From: Octopus sinensis
Lineage: Eukaryota
Assembly: GCF_006345805.1 (NCBI RefSeq)
Contig: NC_043009.1
Location: 47,988,001 to 48,052,000, forward strand
Direction of reading: 5' to 3'
Length of the DNA: 64,000 nt
Below, piece after piece: positions 50,685 through 62,091 of this stretch (the first letter of the stretch is position 1; each line of letters opens with the position of its first letter). Under the pieces are notes generated by a model. The model worked only from the letters and a program-made list of their open reading frames with translations, was not told where the DNA came from and made no database searches. The translations under genes and the position numbers were made by a program.

Positions 50685-51012
50685 TTAATGCATAAAGCGC
50701 GAGGATTTGCCCTTACATAGCATGGACGGCTGAGCAAATTTTATGAAAATGAGACTACCATGCACACATAAAAAACAAAGAAATAGTTTAAAATATCTTA
50801 GTATATAATGGTGACAAGTTTTACATTATCTGAAAAGTCATTAGTTGAACTATTAGTCCTCTTGCATTCTGGGGTGGGGGGGTAACGGAGCGTTTGAGTG
50901 ACAGACCCCGACAAACGCCCATAAATTAAATGCATCTACCTGGGCCACGATCGTGGCCTGTGGACTTGTGCCTGACGGCCACGATCATAGCCTGTTGCGC
51001 TTTATGAGTTAA
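50685..51012. mobile_element. piggyBac-like MITE in DHDH intron 1
   Basis: TTAA at both ends; 12-bp TIR TGCATAAAGCGC / GCGCTTTATGAG (10 of 12 match); internal 16-bp palindrome GGCCACGATCGTGGCC at 50943-50958. Confidence 0.6.
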
Positions 51013-51039
51013 GGACAAGATCAGCAATGTTGAAGAGAG

Positions 51040-51897
51040 AGGGTAAGTAAATTCCATTAATTTCCAGTGCTTGACTGGTACTTTAATTTAAAAGGAAAAG
51101 TTGATGTTGGTGAATTTTGCCCTACTCTAAGCACAAGACGTGAATTTTTGAAGGGAGGGGAATTATAGATTACATCAACTGATACCCGTTTTATTGATCC
51201 CGAAAGAATGAAAAGCAATATCGTCCAATATCGTCAGAACGTAAATGGAAAAAACAAAACAAAAAAAATGCTAAGCTATTTGTCCATCGCGCTAACGATT
51301 CTTCCAGTTCGTTGCCTTAATGTTTTCCACTGTAGACACAAAGTCTAAAACTTTTGGGGAGGGGACAAGTTGAAAATATCGTCCCCAACGCTCAACTATT
51401 TCATATATCATCGACCCCAAAAGGGTGAAAGGTAAAGTCAACCTCGGCGCAATTTGAACTTAGAACGTCAAGACGGACGGAATGCCGCTAAGCATTCTGT
51501 CCGGCGTGCTAACGATTCTTTTCTACTCTAGGCACAAGGCCCGAAATTTTGGGGGAAGGGGCCAGTCGATTAGATCGATCCCAGTACGCAACTGGTACTT
51601 AATTTATCGACCCTGAAAGGATGAAAGGCAAAGTCGACCTCGGCAGAATTTGAACTCAGAACGTAAAGACGGACGAAATACCTATTTACTGCCCACAAGG
51701 GGCTACACACAGAGTGGACAAACGGATTAAGTCGATTATATCGACCCCAGTGCGTAATTGGTACTTATTTAATCGACCCCGAAAGGATGAAAGGCAAAGT
51801 CGACCTCGGCGGAATTTGAACTCAGAACGTAGCGGCAGACGATATACCGCTCAGCACTTCGCCCGGCGTGCTAACGCTTCTGCTAGCTCACCGCCTT
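51040..51897 (-). mobile_element. Cluster of OR1-like SINE copies of different ages
   Basis: Repeated GAAAGGATGAAAGGCAAAGTCGACCTCGGCGGAATTTGAACTC motifs. Confidence 0.8.
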
Positions 51898-53054
51898 TCT
51901 GCTTGCGAAAAATAATACCATGATATAGTAATACCCGGCAAATTAACCGTGATGGGTGATGCTAGTCTAAAGGAAACGTTTAATTTTTGCACATAAAGAC
52001 ATTTGGAACACTCCAGAATTCTGAAAACATTTGGTAAGCTCCAGAATTTTTTGGAAGGGCTCATAGAAACCCAAAGATTCAACAATGTTGGGATATTTTA
52101 TGGTAGCTGGAAGTCCCACGTTTCTAGACTGGTATTTGATCATTTTTCATCCTTGAACTTTCAACACAAAGATTATATTCTAATGCTTATGTTCTTGTAT
52201 ACACGAAACTTTACAGCTGTTATGCCTGGCAAACAATTTCTGGGTTTATACACATGAATTTTAAAATTGTACAATTGCGTATTGAAAAGTTCTACATATT
52301 GTTTATTAAAAAGTGTGTAATGTTATGAATATACTTTATTGAAAAAAAATTTTGCTTCTTGAAAACTATGATTTTAAAGCCGTATGTTATGGAACTTTAG
52401 ACGCGAATACATTTATTTTCTTTGTACACGGTCAAAAAGAATGCCTTGACAAAGTTCACTGGTCACTTTTCAGAATACAAGAGAACTCGTAACAAATATC
52501 TACTTAAACCAAATACAAACTGGTCTTATCTGTAATGTTTATTTTAACATGTTCATATAATACACAGAACAAAATGGTGACCCCACCCCGCCAGCCGTAT
52601 TTTGTCGATCCCAGAAAGATAATCTGTGAAGTTGACGAAATTAGGATTTAAACTCAAAATGGAAATAATGAAATACTGTCAAGTAGTTAATAAAATATCA
52701 ATCAACAATAATGAAGGGAAATATCACGATTATTTGCAGTTTAGCCGCAATCGCTTTTGGTCGAACAGAGCTATCATCAAAGACATTCTGCCAGAGATTA
52801 TATCGAATATCTTTAATATTTTTAAAAACATTGTCTGCGAGACAATGTAGTCAACGTACCCTTCTCATAATCCTTTGAGCCCTTCGGTCCCCTATAACTG
52901 GTACGATTTCCATGGAGGAGGTTGTGACATTCATATCCTCGTGAACCCGAAATAATCAAAAGCGTTTGTTGGGACTTTGGGATTTGGAACGCAGAAATAG
53001 GGGACGTAATTATAGTTTAACATGGTTATTACACATTACTCCACGAGAAGCATA

Positions 53055-53272
53055 GGGATGGTTTCCTGGTTTCTCTGGCGTATATATTCCTCCTTGGATG
53101 GGACGCCAGTCCATTTCAGGATAGTCCTTTTTACCAGCTGGGTGGACTGGAGCAACGCGAAATAAAGCGTTTTGCTCAAGAACTCAACGCATCGTCCGGT
53201 CCAGATATCGGAACCATAATCTTACGATTAGGAGTCCAACATCCTAACAACTAAGCCATGCATCTCTACATT
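53055..53272 (-). mobile_element. Diverged SINE, H1-like head + T2-like tail
   Basis: TTCTTGAGCAAAACGCTTTATTTC...CTCCAGTCCAC core joined to GACTGGCGTCCCATCCAAGG...GAAACCAGGAAACC. Confidence 0.65.
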
Positions 53273-54089
53273 TGAGTGAACCCTTTATATAACTCAATGA
53301 AAAACTATCAAGTCACTCGACCTGCTACATATCACAAATCTCATCACATCCCTCATAAAAAAATGACAGTGTATATTAAACAGTGTTTGAGTGTGCCTAT
53401 AAAAACGGCAGGATGCTAAGGGACCGAATACCCTTGACAACAGGTCTTGCTCTATTTGAGCAAAATCTAAAACCAGGGGCGCTAAAATTAAGTGCCTGTT
53501 GTATACAGAACCTAATTCAATTAACCATATATCGTCCTTACACATTTGGAACTTCCGGTCACAATTCGACTAGAATCTTGTTAGAAACCATACGATGGCA
53601 GAAACATGTATGTAAATGCAGGCATTTACATACAAGCTACGTTCAGAGTTCAAATCTTGCTGAGGTCGACCAACGTTGGCTTTTCCCAGTTAAGTTCTAA
53701 AGTTTATTCGTTGATCATCAGGATTGACCTGGGACTAAACCATCCAGTCTTAGGTTCGTCATGTAGACCGGAGCTTATTTTGGTTGCCATGGCGTTTAAG
53801 CGTCAGAACGAGTACAGCACTATCGCACTGAATGGAACGCCAGTCCATTGTGGGGTTTACCAGCAATTGTTGCTGGTGCTCATTTTCAACCGAGTAAATG
53901 AACTGAAGCAATATAAATTGAAACATTTTGCTTAAGGACGCAACTCCGATTCGTAATTGAAACCACGACTTCAACATCATAATTCCAGCAACCTAACCTC
54001 TAGGTCAAACACCATAACATAAGACACTCGCTGAGAACAGTTTTAAACTCTTACATCCACTCAAATCTAAATATGGTTACAAGTTTGCT

Positions 54090-54450
54090 CCTCAACCACA
54101 TGGTTCCAGGTTCAGTCCTACTGCGTGGCACCTTAGGCTAGTGTCTTCTACTATAGCCTCGGGCCGACCAAAGCCTTGTGAGTAGATTTGGTAGACGGAA
54201 ACTGAAAGAAGCCAGTCGTGTGAGTTTCTGTGTGTGTATATATATATATACATATATTATATAATGTAGAGGTGTCCATCACCGCTTGATAACCAGTGTT
54301 GGTGTGTTTACGTCCTCATAACTTAACGGTTCGGCAAAAGAGATCAACAGGATAAACATCAAGTTTTAAAATGAAAATAAGTACTAGATCGATTCGTTCG
54401 AATAAAATTCTTCAAGGCGGTGCAACATCATGGCTGCAGTGTAACTCAAA
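54090..54450 (+). mobile_element. Diverged OR2-like SINE
   Basis: CORE-like segment, internal microsatellite and tail recognisable. Confidence 0.75.
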
Positions 54451-54660
54451 CAAGTGAAGTTTTTTTAAAAAAAAAAAAAAGATGCGATATCCAGCCGTGT
54501 AAAGTTAAGGATTTTTTTTTTTTTTTGTAAGTTTGAGGATATTTGATAAACACAGCAACAACAAGGACTGCAATAATTTACGAAGAAATATTAAAACAAA
54601 ATAGCAAATTCTTAAAACCATAACATAAAACAAGAACCAGAGGAGGAATGAAGTTCTTAC

Positions 54661-54744
54661 TTCATGTAGAGACTGATCCATACAGCCCAAAGCTTTGCAA
54701 AAATCTTCTGCTATACATCCAGTACCATATATTCCCCAACGCAT
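54661..54744 (-). CDS. DHDH: DHDH-like oxidoreductase, coding exon 1 (MRWGIYGTGCIAEDFCKALGCMDQSLHE)
   Basis: ATG at 54744; Rossmann GxGxIA motif like DHDH N-terminus (LRWGI); phase-0 donor GAA|gtaaga. An acceptor (tttacag) lies 15 nt upstream of the ATG, so a further 5' exon is likely. Confidence 0.88.
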
Positions 54745-55429
54745 TGTATAGTTTTTTAACTGTAAAGGAACTAAACGTAAATGGCGGTTGCAAGAACCGT
54801 AAGTCAATACGTCACAGGAGAATTGGTGACCTTTGCTTTTTATCGACAAATTAAATTTAGACAGATGCTTCTTGACGGGGGTGGGGTGGGGGGCTTATAT
54901 TGATTTATTGTGTGAGTTGAATCGACGAGTCTATGATATAAACAACAAATGAAAATAAGGCATTAATGAGAAGAAAAAAGAAAACGTGCGCAAAACCAAG
55001 AAAAAAATTAAAGAAAAATTTATTAAACTTTCAAATAAAAATGAAACTGTTTATTAAAAACAAAATGAGGCAAGAATTTAATAAATTTTTCGGAAATGAT
55101 GGTACATCTTGTAATGTGTATTTTGGTCAGGGAGATCGGTGTTTCTCATGAGAGAATGGACGACAGGGGTGGGGGTCTGTAAAGATTGAAAAAAAAAAAG
55201 AAAAGAAAAAGAGGGCGGACAAATTGCTATGTTTTATGAAATTAAATTGATTTAAAACCATTTTGCAAACTTGTCCAGCACCGGATACAAACCCTCTTTG
55301 TCCTTTTAATAAAGAAAAAAAAACTAATACAGAGGCGGAGGGGTGATAGTAAAAAAAGTTTACACATACACACACATGTATACACACACGCATACATACA
55401 TACATACATACATACATACATACATGTAC

Positions 55430-55537
<108 letters not shown>

Positions 55538-56244
55538 ATTTACGCACACACACAAATATATATATATATTTATATATATGCTTTTTTTATATAAGGTTAT
55601 ATATACAAACAATTAAATATTAGATTGTAAGATAAGGTGGTGAGTTGGAAGGATAGTATGCCGAACAAAATGCTTAACAGCATTTCGTCCGTCTTTGCGT
55701 CCTGGGTACAAATTCCATCACGGTCGACTTTGCCTTTCATCCTTTCGGGGTTGATAAAATAAGTACCAGTTACATACTGGGGTCGATGTTATCGACTTAA
55801 CACTTCCCCGAATCTGCTGGCCTTGCGCTAAAATGTTTCTAGCAGGGTCACTCTTTTTGGGGTCGATAAAATGAGTACCGTCAAGCACTAGGGTCGATGT
55901 AATCGTCTAACCCCCGCTTCCTTGAAATTACTGGGCTTGTGTCAAAATTTGAAACCAATATTCTATTGAAAGATTAGGACTGTGAGATGGCAGAGTCGTT
56001 AGAACGTCGGGCGAAATTTGTACTCGTATTTCTTTCGACTCATTATTACGTTTTCAGTTAAAATTCCTCGAAAGAATTGATAAAATATGTACCAGTCAAA
56101 TACTGGGGTCCATGTAATCGACTAACCCCATCTCCCTAAAATTCCAGGCCTTGTGCCTCTTGTAGAAAGAATATAAATTGAAGGATTATTCTGTACTTTT
56201 TAGAGAGTACATATTTATTAATATTTACAAGAAAAAGATTGACA

Positions 56245-56520
56245 GTGATTTTGACGTTTCGGGTTGATAACCGTCATCAGGCAAGTAAACCGAAATTTTG
56301 AAGTCACAGTTCAGCTTCCTCATCCGCCGTGATCTCATGGTTGCAGTGGATGGGGAAGTATTTCACTGGGGTGAGAACTGATTGGGACATTGCTCAAACG
56401 GTTGTCCAGGACGACCTTAGTAGACACCGACAAATGGTGGATGCAGCTACCTGCTGCAACCCCGCATGTTCCCATGCCTAATCTGTTCAACGTTTTCCTC
56501 GTAAACATCAGTTTGAATAT
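56245..56520 (-). mobile_element. Probable Penelope-like 3' fragment
   Basis: CCTGATGACGGTTATCAACCCGAAACGTC is the typical pseudo-LTR signature; upstream coding part not confidently assigned. Confidence 0.4.
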
Positions 56521-57208
56521 CACTGATCTACATTGTTAAAGATTACGTTTTAAAATTTTTTAGGCTTAGTAGTTGTGTGGGTAAGATGTTCGCTTCTCAA
56601 ATATTAGGTCTTAGGTTCGAACCCACACCGTGGTACTTTAGAGAAGTGATTTTGTTTTTGTTATCATATCCTCGCATCGTCCAAAACGTTGTGGGTGAAA
56701 TTTGGTAGAAGTAATTATGTAGAAATCCGTTTGGATGATTGTCCCTATTTTTTAACACCGCTACCTGAACCAACTTAGGTATCTCTCGCAGGGTCCACAC
56801 AATTCCTAATATTCGCGCCTGGTCTCTGGTCTGAGAATGACGTCTTCCATCCAGTTTTGGAGCCCCTGAAAAGCGTCATCAGTACCACGTTTTTTCTCCT
56901 GACACGAAAAGCTTGATAAATATTTTATTTTATAAAATAGCTTGAAATATATATCAGAAACAACTAGGTTATTTGTTGTGTCTAGGAAGTGTCATAATGC
57001 CAATATGGTTAACTAACGCACTGGTTCAATTCCATTCCTTTATTATTAGTCAATTGGTTAGATAACGAACTAACTAATCGATTGTTTGTTTAACTTCGTT
57101 AAACAGTAAGTAGTTTCAAAGCTCTTTCGTTTCTATTTACAACCTTTTCATCTCACGAATTCACAAGAATGAATCTTGCAAACCAGATGCAAAAACGAAG
57201 CAGGGACA

Positions 57209-57810
57209 TGTAGTGATCCTACAACGGCGCGCGCTCGCGCACCGTCCATTTGTATTTCGCGCGTGTTGGTGCCTTCACCAAGGCACAGAAAGGAAGGGCC
57301 CTCTCGCGCATGCGCGAACCACCGGAAGCACGACCCGCTTGCCTATCGTGGTAGTTAGCGAGGCAAGGGGGTCGTAGAACGTTTGACCACTAGCAGCAGT
57401 CATCGGGGACTTGGGACCCAGCGATTGAAGGCGGCGGTCACGCATATATTCTCTCCGGTTGATAGCAGCAGTCGGCCGAATGCCTTTAACCAAATTGTTG
57501 CCGACCACATTCAACTTCCCTGTTCGACGCCATCTTGACCCCTTTCTGGTTTAGCGGCTGGACATTGTAAATATTACAATCTATTAACTTTCAGCCTTGC
57601 GCGCCCAGAATCAAGGACATCAGATAACACCTTATTGTTATTGTTACCAAGAAAGAGAATAAAGTAGTATATATATATTTTACGTCTGCGTCTTGTTGTT
57701 TCTGACTGGTAGAATTCTGGATTATTAAAGCAACGGCTAGTGAGTGATTGCTTTCTTGTACCCCGAAAGTACAAGAAAAAGATATTCACTCACACACGAA
57801 GCTCGTTACA
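57209..57810 (+). repeat. 5' LTR
   Basis: TGTAGT...TTACA; AATAAA at 57658-57663; followed after 1 nt by the PBS. Confidence 0.9.
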
Positions 57811-57811
57811 C

Positions 57812-57831
57812 TGGTGGACTCCCGACGTGAT
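57812..57831 (+). promoter_or_regulatory. Primer-binding site, tRNA-Trp-like
   Basis: TGGTGGACTCCCGACGTGAT resembles TGGTGACCCCGACGTGAT, the complement of the eukaryotic tRNA-Trp 3' end, with small indel or substitution differences. Confidence 0.7.
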
Positions 57832-59345
57832 TCTGGTCTAAAACCAGAGATCACTTATCAACAAAAAAATCCAGTTTTTCTGCGAAGTCGGAACACGATT
57901 TAACTCTACGCATCATCTTTCGACGATTTGTTTCCGGCCACTACAAACAGTTGTAGAAGGAGCCTCTTTCTTATTCTACAGCCATGATGACGGACGCCAT
58001 CATATATTCGATGCCTTTTCTCCACCTTCGTCATCGCCATCGTCGACTTTCTACTTCACGTCGTCGCTATCTTCGTCGCCATCATCACTAAGAACGATGT
58101 TGTCTCAAGTCCACTACAGTCGCCTTCCACCACCACCGTCGCCTTTCAACACCGTCGACCTCCACAAGATGTACATAGCAACTCGCGGAAGTTTAGTCCA
58201 CTTGCCGTTTGTGCATTAGCACACCAAGAATTCACAGCCCAGCACTATCTACGAGATTTCTTCTGTTCCAGTTAACCTGTCACAGCATCGAAGCCACAAC
58301 CGTTACACGATATGTGTTCAACCGGCATCTGCATTTTGTGATTTCAACATTTCTGTTACAGAACGAACTGCTATTGTACATCAGGCTATTACAGACTGGT
58401 AAATTAACTCTTGTCTGGAATAGCACATGAGAGATATTTTTCTATGCGCTGTTTTTATATTTTGCTCGCATTCACCTTGTATGTATTTTGTCGCACACAC
58501 GTACACACACATAAATGCTCTCTCTCACATACATACGTCACACATGCTCTTCTCGCTTGTTTTTTTTTTTCATGCTGAATTTGCCTTTTGTGGACACCCC
58601 TCATTTCTATAGACCCTAGGTCGGTCACGTATACATAGAGAGGGTTGTTTGTCCATTATGACGCGCCAGCATGTCATACTTTTGTTCCTATACGAACGAG
58701 GCATATAATCGCTTAACCACTGGCATATTCTTGCTGTTTTTTGGTCTGGCAAGCACTATTGCATTTCATGCGCCTTTTGCTCCGCACGTGTACTTGCCTT
58801 GTTTTTTGCAACACGTTTGCGTTAGCTTAGTTTTTTCCCGACTCATAGGACGTCGGATGTTCACATGCGCTGCGCCATGTTTAGGCGTAATTATTTTCCC
58901 TGTTAGACCACTGTTGGTCACGTAAATAACAGAAAATTATCTGTGTCGCGCATCACACCAGCATGTTTGCACTTTTGCCTTTTGTGTTACTAGCGAGCTT
59001 CTGTCAATTCCATTTCCTCTCCTGCAGCAATTGATTTAACTGCTATTTCGCAGGATCAACTACCTTTAGAGAAGTTGGATTTTAATTTCGCCTAGGTTCA
59101 TTAACTGTGAGTTTTGCATTCCCTCCGCTTCCTACAGCGGAAGGCTCTATACTTTGTGACGTATACACTTTCATGCATGCACTCTTGATTTTTGCTCATT
59201 GAGTATTTTTTCTCTTTTTCCTTTAGTAAATTTCTTGTGTATGTTATAAATTTTGCCATTATATTATTGTGTGCTATTTGGTTATCTGGTGTCCACCTTG
59301 AGTTTTGCAGTCACTACGATAAGTTTCCTTTCGTGCGTACGCACT

Positions 59346-59354
59346 GGAGGGGAG
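59346..59354 (+). promoter_or_regulatory. Polypurine tract
   Basis: GGAGGGGAG two nt before the 3' LTR. Confidence 0.75.
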
Positions 59355-59356
59355 CC

Positions 59357-59961
59357 TGTAGTGATCCTACAACGGCGCGCGCTCGCGCACCGTCCATTTG
59401 TATTTCGCGCGTGTTGGTGCCTTCACCAAGGCACAGAAAGGAAGGGCCCTCTCGCGCATGCGCGAACCACCGGAAGCACGACCCGCTTGCCTATCGTGGT
59501 AGTTAGCGAGGCAAGGGGGTCGTAGAACGTTTGACCACTAGCAGCAGTCATCGGGGACTTGGGACCCAGCGATTGAAGGCGGCGGTCACGCATAATTCTC
59601 TCCGGTTGATAGCAGCAGTCGGCCGAATGCCTTTAACCAAATTGTTGCCGACCACATTCAACTTCCCTGTTCGACGCCATCTTGACCCCTTTCTGGTTTA
59701 GCGGCTGGACATTGTAAATATTACAATCTATTAACTTTCAGCCTTGCGCGCCCAGAATCAAGGACATCAGATAACACACTTATTGTTATTGTTACCAAGA
59801 AAGAGAATAAAGTAGTATATATATATTTTACGTCTGCGTCTTGTTGTTTCTGACTGGTAAAATTCTGGATTATTAAAGCAACGGCTAGTGAGTGATTGCT
59901 TTCTTGTACCCCGAAAGTACAAGATCAGATATTCACATCACTCACATCGAAGTTCGTTTCA
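59357..59961 (+). repeat. 3' LTR
   Basis: Near-identical to the 5' LTR (3 differences seen in the first ~565 bp); ends TTTCA followed by the TSD. Confidence 0.9.
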
Positions 59962-59999
59962 GACATATTTTTTATTTGGTTAACAAGACCATTAGCAAC

Positions 60000-61500
60000 A
60001 TGCTTGAATTTGTCAGCTGAGTTTCGAATTAAAAATCTGGTAGTTTCTGCAGAATTTTGAAGACCATTTCAATGTTATCCATTTTTATTATCAGCGGTGG
60101 TGTCTCTCGCTTGTAATACCATGGTTTGCATGTTAATGGGAGCGAGAATAATGTCGAACAAAGTGGATGATGTGTGTACGCATCTCAAAAAGGAACGTGA
60201 ATGTAATGATTCCTGTTGTTTCACTTCTACCCTTCTACTAATTTTCAGAACATACGACAGGGCCGATTTGATATTCAGATTTTATACAAATGTTACGATC
60301 AAGAACACTAATTTCTGCTCAGTTTTTTTTTGTTTTGTTTAAAAAAATGTATCTATTTTTATCGTTAACAAAATAAATGTTGTCGTTACTACGAACTACA
60401 AAAATGATGTTTATATCCAGATAATTCTAAGTTTATAAGAGGTGATGTTGGTTCAAGTAGCTGCCATCGTATTTCCTTGAGTTAGGTAGAGGAGGAGTCG
60501 TGGCGCCGCCGCCGTTGCCCCCGAATGGCGAAAGGATTTTAAGAAACTTAGCTTATTGATAGATGGACCAGTGGTTAATCAAACAATCGATTAGTAAATT
60601 GGTCAAATGGTTAACCAATTGATAAATAAAAGTAAAGAAGTGAAATAGGATCAATGAAAGTTTTTTTTTATTATTGGCACAATGACCCACTCCAGATACT
60701 AGTATTTGATTGGTAATGATGAAAGGCAAAGTCGGTCTCGGGGCTACCCAGAACGTAAAGACGGACGAAATGCCGCTAAGCATTTTGCTCACCATGCTAA
60801 CGATTCTGTCTGTAGATATAACAAAAATATTATAGACACTTTCAAAAGTTGCGAGAAGTTAACTGCTTCACGAATTTGTTTCGCAAATTATATTTTGTGA
60901 CATCTTCATGGTGTGAAAATAATCATCAGATTTTTATTGAGTAATATCCTTTGTGCTCCATTGTACTTGGTTGCCATATTTGGCACCGTTGTTATAATCC
61001 TTACCCTCTGCAATCTTTCAAGAGAATCCCATTTTCATTTAATGGTTTCCTTTATCATATTTTCAATGTCAACCTGTTTTCTCATAACAGTTTTCAAAAG
61101 ATAAATATCTCTTTCGAATTTTAAACTCCTACAATCTATTTTTTGAAGGTAACGAACCATAAATACTGTATGTTCAACACGTGTGGGATAAGGCGCTACA
61201 TTAGCTATTATTGGATATTATTTTGCCATCGATCTTTCAAAAGTTATGTGTTTTGAGACAAGATAGGAACAAAGAGATATAAATTAACATTTTTTTTTAC
61301 CCCCGTTCAGCTGATAATTTAATGTCTTTGCAACCTTTCAGCTTTTTTTTTCCAGTTATATTTGTCTTCCCAATCATGAGTTTTAAGTTTGGTATAGTTG
61401 AAGCAACAAAAACAGCAGGGTATCATTACTCCTGGATAAATGTGCGAGTGTGTGTGTGTGTATATATATGATTCTGGGAGAAAATACTTCATAATGTTAA
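60000..61500 (-). mobile_element. Heavily decayed hAT transposase remnant (ZMYM1/Charlie-like group)
   Basis: Frameshifted fragments CFCCFNY...WKKKAERLQRH, VEHTVFMVRYL, GKDYNNGA/NMATKYNGAQRILLNKN...IFTP, DIILAPINMQTMVLQARDTT. Confidence 0.72.
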
Positions 61501-62091
61501 TACAAATACACCAGGTTAACAAAATGTTTTCAAATGATTAAAGAACAACACGTAATCTTAGGTACGGTCCGAGAATGGATTTCTGGATTTCACCTCTCTC
61601 TCTCTCTACTTTCACCTTCCTTCTTGTGTCTCTCCTCTTCTGCTTCTTTCCATTTCCTTTTGTTTTCTTTTTTCTTCTCTTTCTTCCATTTATCTTCTTT
61701 TACTCCTTCTCTCTCTTCGTCCCCTTCCAATACTTGTATTATTTTGGTTTTGTTTCCGTCTAATGTACCATTCGAAACACAAACTCTGACGAAGATAGCA
61801 ACAGTTTTTTTAAGGTCTTCCAATTTTTTTCAGTTGCTCAATGGACCAATTGAGTATGCAGAACTATGAACGCACCTATAGGGCTTATCAGAAAAAGCCG
61901 TAATGTCATAATCGCACGATTAAAGGACTAGGTAAAGTTCCTTATTTATGCCTTATCTTACACACACACACACATATACATTACCGACCACATATACTTA
62001 ACGTATATGCTTTGTGAATTTGCCGATAAGCTGCGATATAGCGTGGTGGAGATTACTCCGAGATTACACCAAGTGTTAATATGAAATAATG

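Larger units (their letters stand above)
57209..59961 (+). mobile_element. Complete non-autonomous LTR retrotransposon (Gypsy-like termini, TRIM/LARD type)
   Basis: Direct repeats of about 600 bp with TG...CA termini, 4-bp TSD GACA (57205-57208 and 59962-59965), PBS and PPT present. The 1.55-kb interior has no gag or pol ORF. Confidence 0.92.

Noticed and set aside
52840-53000. Exon-like stretch in DHDH intron 1 with donor AAGG|gtacgt on the minus strand
   Set aside because: No clear acceptor, no homology recognised, and the longer open frame would end in phase 1 inside a phase-0 intron.
54745-54849. N-terminal extension MSIKSKGHQFSCDVLTYGSCNRHLRLVPLQ in the ORF track
   Set aside because: Starts at a TTG, runs through a polypyrimidine tract and AG acceptor, and has no DHDH homology; most likely intron.
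58209-58925. Short ORFs inside the LTR element as gag or env
   Set aside because: Under 90 aa, on both strands, with no CCHC, protease, RT or integrase motifs.
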